Both the position numbers and the translations under genes were made by a program. From a virus, in IMG/VR virus record IMGVR_UViG_3300020170_000001, positions 1 through 64,000 of that record: DNA of 64,000 nt. One strand, given 5' to 3'. The notes beneath the pieces are model-generated. The model was not told the DNA's origin and did not search any database. It saw only the letters and a program-made list of their open reading frames with translations. Of this stretch, positions 63,755-64,000 are shown in pieces (position 1 is the first letter of the stretch; every line of letters starts with the position of its first letter).

Positions 63755-64000
63755 TCAGGAGATTCGCACGTACGGAATTCCGCCGTTGACGTCGTCGACC
63801 TCGGCTGCGTTGCGAACGACCCAGTGACCGTCCGGCGCGCGGCGTAGCCCGTCGGGAAGGACTTGGACGGAGCCGCTGCCCACGATGGATGCGGCCGGCA
63901 TGGCGAGTTGCTCGACGGCGATGTCCCACCAGAACAGCCCGGTGCCGAGGTCGCCGGCCAGCTTGAGCCCGGCGATGGAGGTCCTGGCGGCGTTGAGCCC
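63755..64000 (-). CDS. putative head-to-tail adaptor, 5'-truncated by the window edge
   Basis: Open frame ...TGLFWWDIAVEQL...PYVRIS*. Confidence 0.55.
   Translation of the reverse strand, partial: GLNAARTSIAGLKLAGDLGTGLFWWDIAVEQLAMPAASIVGSGSVQVLPDGLRRAPDGHWVVRNAAEVDDVNGGIPYVRIS

Larger units (their letters stand above)
1..64000 (-). mobile_element. Actinobacterial siphovirus/prophage genome segment
   Basis: Tape measure, tail, holin, endolysin, PolA, DnaB, RecA and many small densely packed co-oriented ORFs; no host housekeeping operon. Confidence 0.95.

Overview
The window is a 64-kb piece of a large, high-GC actinobacterial siphovirus or prophage genome. The host is inferred to be a filamentous actinomycete, perhaps Micromonosporaceae. 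Most genes are on the minus strand. From right to left: (i) a head-to-tail and tail module (46.4-64 kb) with a glycosyltransferase inside it, a major tail protein, a tail assembly chaperone with a GGGAAAA -1 frameshift, a 1816-aa tape measure protein, minor tail proteins and a holin; (ii) a regulation and replication block (31-46 kb) with an SNF2 helicase, HNH nuclease, FliA/WhiG-type sigma factor, dCTP deaminase, DnaB, BldC, a stand-alone primase Zn finger, Lsr2, a metallophosphoesterase, a second sigma-like protein and HolA/HolB-like clamp-loader subunits; (iii) small hypothetical genes, an XRE module and an atypical tRNA-like gene (22-31 kb); (iv) PolA, gp32-like SSB, endolysin, ParB-like, RuvC-like, RecA and DUF932-like genes (8.7-22 kb); (v) small early-type genes with repeat-flanked cargo insertions (0-8.7 kb). 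No integrase, CRISPR array or reverse transcriptase was seen. The most striking element is a ~480-nt non-coding RNA at 15016-15496 (-). It lies directly downstream of a conserved 258-aa hypothetical gene and contains two tandem, circularly permuted tRNA-like domains plus long-range nested helices, making it a candidate protein-RNA system. All functional calls come from motif recognition by eye; no database searches were run.
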